Positions 62,776 to 64,000 of a stretch of DNA of 64,000 nucleotides are shown here, in pieces (position 1 is the stretch's first letter; each line of letters opens with the position of its first letter). The notes under the pieces were generated by a model. It made no database searches and had not been told where the DNA came from. It saw nothing but the letters and a program-made list of their open reading frames with translations. The translations under genes and the position numbers were made by a program. Origin of the DNA: Chiloscyllium plagiosum (lineage: Eukaryota); NCBI RefSeq assembly GCF_004010195.1, contig NC_057720.1, positions 32,255,747 to 32,319,746 on the forward strand, given 5' to 3'.

Positions 62776-64000
62776 TTTTCTTTTTTTTAATAGATATTTT
62801 TATTGAAAATTTAACATGTTTTTACAAGTTTACAAGTTTACAAATAAAAAAAACCCAAGTATAAACATTGATATACAATTAAATCTTAAATAAATAATAA
62901 CCAAAATCTATCAAACAGAAAAAAGAGATACCGAATAAAAAAAAACAAAACTCAATTAACTACTAATCTAACCTACAACTAACCAGAGTGTATAATTAAA
63001 TCTCTTACATTATTCAGGAAATAAAATGACGGATAATACAGAAATTGAATAGTGAAATACATGCTCGGAATGTGTTCACATCAGATCATAACAAAACCCG
63101 TATGTGTGCGGGATTCCTCTCCCAAGGGGCCCCGGACTGGCCAGGTTCGCCATCTCAATTAAATAAAAGCCCTTGTTAGGATTGCCGAAATATCTGTATT
63201 TGTGTAATTCAAGAAGGGCTACCATATTTTATGGAATAACTCGGTCGTTTGGTGCACCATGTTTGTAAGGAAGTCAAGGGGAATACATTCCATGATTATT
63301 CTGTGCCAATTCGAAAGTCCAGGGGGGCCCTCAGCCACCCAGTTTACCAAAATATTTTTCCTTGCACAGAAAGAGAGAATAGAAAATAACCTCTTCCTGT
63401 GCATATCCAGGGAGGGTAAGTTTGAAAAGCCCAAAAGGAGAGATACTGGATCCACTCTAATGTCCATTCCTAAGATTTCTGTCAGAGCACTTGCTACTTT
63501 AGTCCAATATCTACAGATCTTATGACAGGTCCATAAGCAATGTACAAGACTGCCCACCTCTATTTTACATTTGGGACACATTTGACATGCTCCTGCCTTA
63601 AATTTTGCCAATCTTTCCGGTGCTCTATGGGCCCTATGAAGTATCTTCAACTTAATGGCCTGAGTTCTGTTGCAGATGGAGATTTTTCTAGCATTTTCCC
63701 AAATTTCATTCTACATTTTTATAGAGTTTTCCAGCCCCAAATTCTGATCACCTGTTTTAAGCAGGTTGTCTATATCTTCCGATACTTCATCATGTCATCA
63801 TTGATAAATAGTGCTGACCGAAGATACCCCCATTGGCCACAACACTCTACGTTCTCTGTCTGATTTATAGAGAATATCTAATAGCGTAGTCTTCTTCTGT
63901 ATGTAATCTCGAATTTGGAAGTATCGAAAGAGATCACCATTAGGTCATCCAAATTTCTGATGCAGCTGTTCAAACGACATCAGGACCCTTTCCTTAAACA
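62774..64000 (-). mobile_element. L1-clade LINE 3' part (ORF2 CCHC/zf-RVT C-terminus, 3'UTR, poly-A), running off the window
   Basis: ORF 63219-63650 KILHR..CPKC....SLVHCLWTC..I..YW; minus-strand AATAAA plus A-tail at 62774-62805. Confidence 0.88.

Overview
Non-coding, repeat-dense vertebrate genomic DNA, very probably from a shark or other elasmobranch (HE1-type V-SINEs and HER1/CR1-type LINEs; inference). There are three assembly gaps, and I find no credible host protein-coding exon. Nearly every ORF in the track is a fragment of a retroelement protein or an antisense shadow of one. Main contents: many nested CR1-clade LINEs (some with an SGNH-esterase ORF1); L1, RTE, L2 and Rex1 fragments; two decayed Ty3/Gypsy elements; PIF/Harbinger remnants; a Tigger-like MITE; and tRNA-derived SINEs. 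Most notable: (1) a Gmr1-type LTR element (gag-PR-IN-RT-RH order, tRNA-Pro PBS) whose two LTR copies are inverted rather than direct, flanked by TTAG and sitting inside another LTR; (2) many Penelope-like element ends carrying minimal hammerhead ribozyme motifs with covarying stems, two of them as near-perfect fold-back insertions with long target-site duplications; (3) a non-coding, non-tRNA retroposon family of about 0.6-0.7 kb (three copies) that appears to borrow the Rex1 LINE 3' tail. Coordinates of decayed repeats are approximate (about 10-50 bp).
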